DNA of 64,000 bases from a candidate division FCPU426 bacterium (GTDB lineage Bacteria > Oederibacteriota > Muellerivitia > Muellerivitales > Muellerivitaceae): contig CAVTWJ010000012.1 of the NCBI GenBank assembly GCA_963738405.1, forward strand, positions 64,001-128,000, written 5' to 3'. This document shows positions 62,673-64,000 of this stretch, piece after piece. The notes under the pieces are model-generated. The model was not told the origin of the DNA. It saw nothing but the letters and a program-made list of their open reading frames with translations, and ran no database searches. Position numbers and translations under genes: made by a program. The stretch's first letter is position 1. Each line of letters starts with the position of its first letter.

Positions 62673-63772
62673 AGTTTTTTAAGCCTCTGGTGGGCCGAAA
62701 GGATCATTTCTTCGGTCATCACCCAGTTGATACAGGCGTCGGTGATGGAAACACCGTATTTTAACTTGGAGCGGTCTTTGACAAGGGGTTGGTTCCCCTC
62801 GTGAAGATTGCTCTCCACCATGAATCCCGTCACCGAATCGTTGCCCCTCTCCACCTGGCGCAATACGTTTTCAAACGCCACCGGCTGAAGACGGTAATCC
62901 TTGTTGGAGTTGCCATGGCTGCAATCCACCACGATATTGGCGGGAAGACTTTCTTCCATCAATGCCTTCTCGCATTTTTTAAGCGAGGCGGGATCATAAT
63001 TGGGTTTGAGGCCGCCTCGAAGCACGATATGGGCATAGGGGTTGCCTGTGGTTCGGAACACGGCGGTTTGACCGTTCTGGTCGATCCCCAGGAAATGGTG
63101 GGAGGAGCGGGCCGCCTTGATGCCGTTCAAGGCCACCTGGATGCTGCCGTCGGTGGCGTTTTTGAACCCCACCGCCATGGAGAGGCCGCTCGCCAATTCC
63201 CGATGGGTTTGGGATTCGGTGGTACGGGCCCCGATGGCCGACCAGCTGATCAAATCGGAAATGTATTGGGGAATGATCGGGTCCAGGGCCTCGGTGGCGC
63301 AAGGCAGGCCCATTTCGTTGAATTTTAAAAGAAGCCGACGGGCCAAGAGGATGCCCTTTTCAATGTTGAAGGAATCGTCCATACCCGGATCATTGATCAA
63401 TCCCTTCCATCCAATGGTGGTTCGGGGCTTCTCAAAATAAACCCGCATGATCAAAAGCAATGTGGATTGAACCATGGAAGAAAGTTTCTTGAGTTTGGTG
63501 GCGTATTCGTAAGCCGCCTGCGGATCGTGAATGGAACAGGGGCCCACTACCACAAATAAACGCTTGTCACGATGTTCCAAGATAGCTTCCACTTCCCGGC
63601 GCCCTTTGAGAACCGTTTCATAAGCCTTTCGGTTGCCCGGCAAAAGGGTCTTAACCTTTTTGGGCGCAATCAGGATTTCCGAACCGGCCACATGGGTATC
63701 CTGGGCCTTGGCCCTTAAATTCACCTTGCCGATATGGGAATATTTGTGTTTGGAGATTTTATTGGAGCTCAT
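62660..63772 (-). CDS. DAHP synthase, class I-alpha (AroF/G/H type)
   Basis: GPCSIHD, RVYFEKPRT, GARTTESQTHRE, DCSHGNS. Confidence 0.95.
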   Translation of the reverse strand: MSSNKISKHKYSHIGKVNLRAKAQDTHVAGSEILIAPKKVKTLLPGNRKAYETVLKGRREVEAILEHRDKRLFVVVGPCSIHDPQAAYEYATKLKKLSSMVQSTLLLIMRVYFEKPRTTIGWKGLINDPGMDDSFNIEKGILLARRLLLKFNEMGLPCATEALDPIIPQYISDLISWSAIGARTTESQTHRELASGLSMAVGFKNATDGSIQVALNGIKAARSSHHFLGIDQNGQTAVFRTTGNPYAHIVLRGGLKPNYDPASLKKCEKALMEESLPANIVVDCSHGNSNKDYRLQPVAFENVLRQVERGNDSVTGFMVESNLHEGNQPLVKDRSKLKYGVSITDACINWVMTEEMILSAHQRLKKLWNR

Positions 63773-64000
63773 GAGTCCCTTTCCGGGTTTTGGGGGCGGA
63801 TTATAGCAGGCCCCCCTTTTCGCTAAATTGAAATCTTGCTTAGCGATGAAACATTAGGTTTGGATGACGTTTATTTAAAGGCCAAGCGCCTAAGTCTATA
63901 TTTTTCAGTTCAAAAATTCTCACCAACCATCGCTATTCATCTTCACTTTAAATCTTCACTGCGAAAAGAACCGTGATTCAAAAAAATTCTCAAAGAGTGC

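Overview
64 kb of chromosome from a diderm bacterium (OmpA, TonB-ExbBD, outer-membrane barrels, lipoproteins); no rRNA, tRNA, integrase, transposase or true CRISPR array was seen. All family names come from motif recognition by eye, not database searches. (1) 1-7 kb is a lower-GC putative defence island: TetR 5' end with twin operators, a 69-bp tandem hairpin repeat, an orphan DUF6527-like gene behind a probable ThiF/E1 remnant, and a MazG-like - DUF2075 - HNH - DUF2075 operon. (2) 7-29 kb is accessory: six complete and two orphan toxin-antitoxin modules, NHL-type lipoproteins, redox genes, dispersed palindromic repeats and a LemA/TPM operon. It also holds the most striking element: seven phased TTTC-AACG-GAAA sites (parS/Noc-site-like architecture, 20-22 bp period) just upstream of a 700-aa membrane protein with a ParB-like HTH region and a PDZ-like C-terminus. 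(3) 22-49 kb is a dense signalling cluster: nine stand-alone receivers, a 2057-aa poly-HAMP hybrid kinase, two Cph1-type kinases, an NtrC-family activator and a GGDEF protein. (4) 49-64 kb holds a TPR-barrel-ExbBD-TonB operon, MarR, OmpA, LysM, rpsA, plsC and a DAHP synthase.
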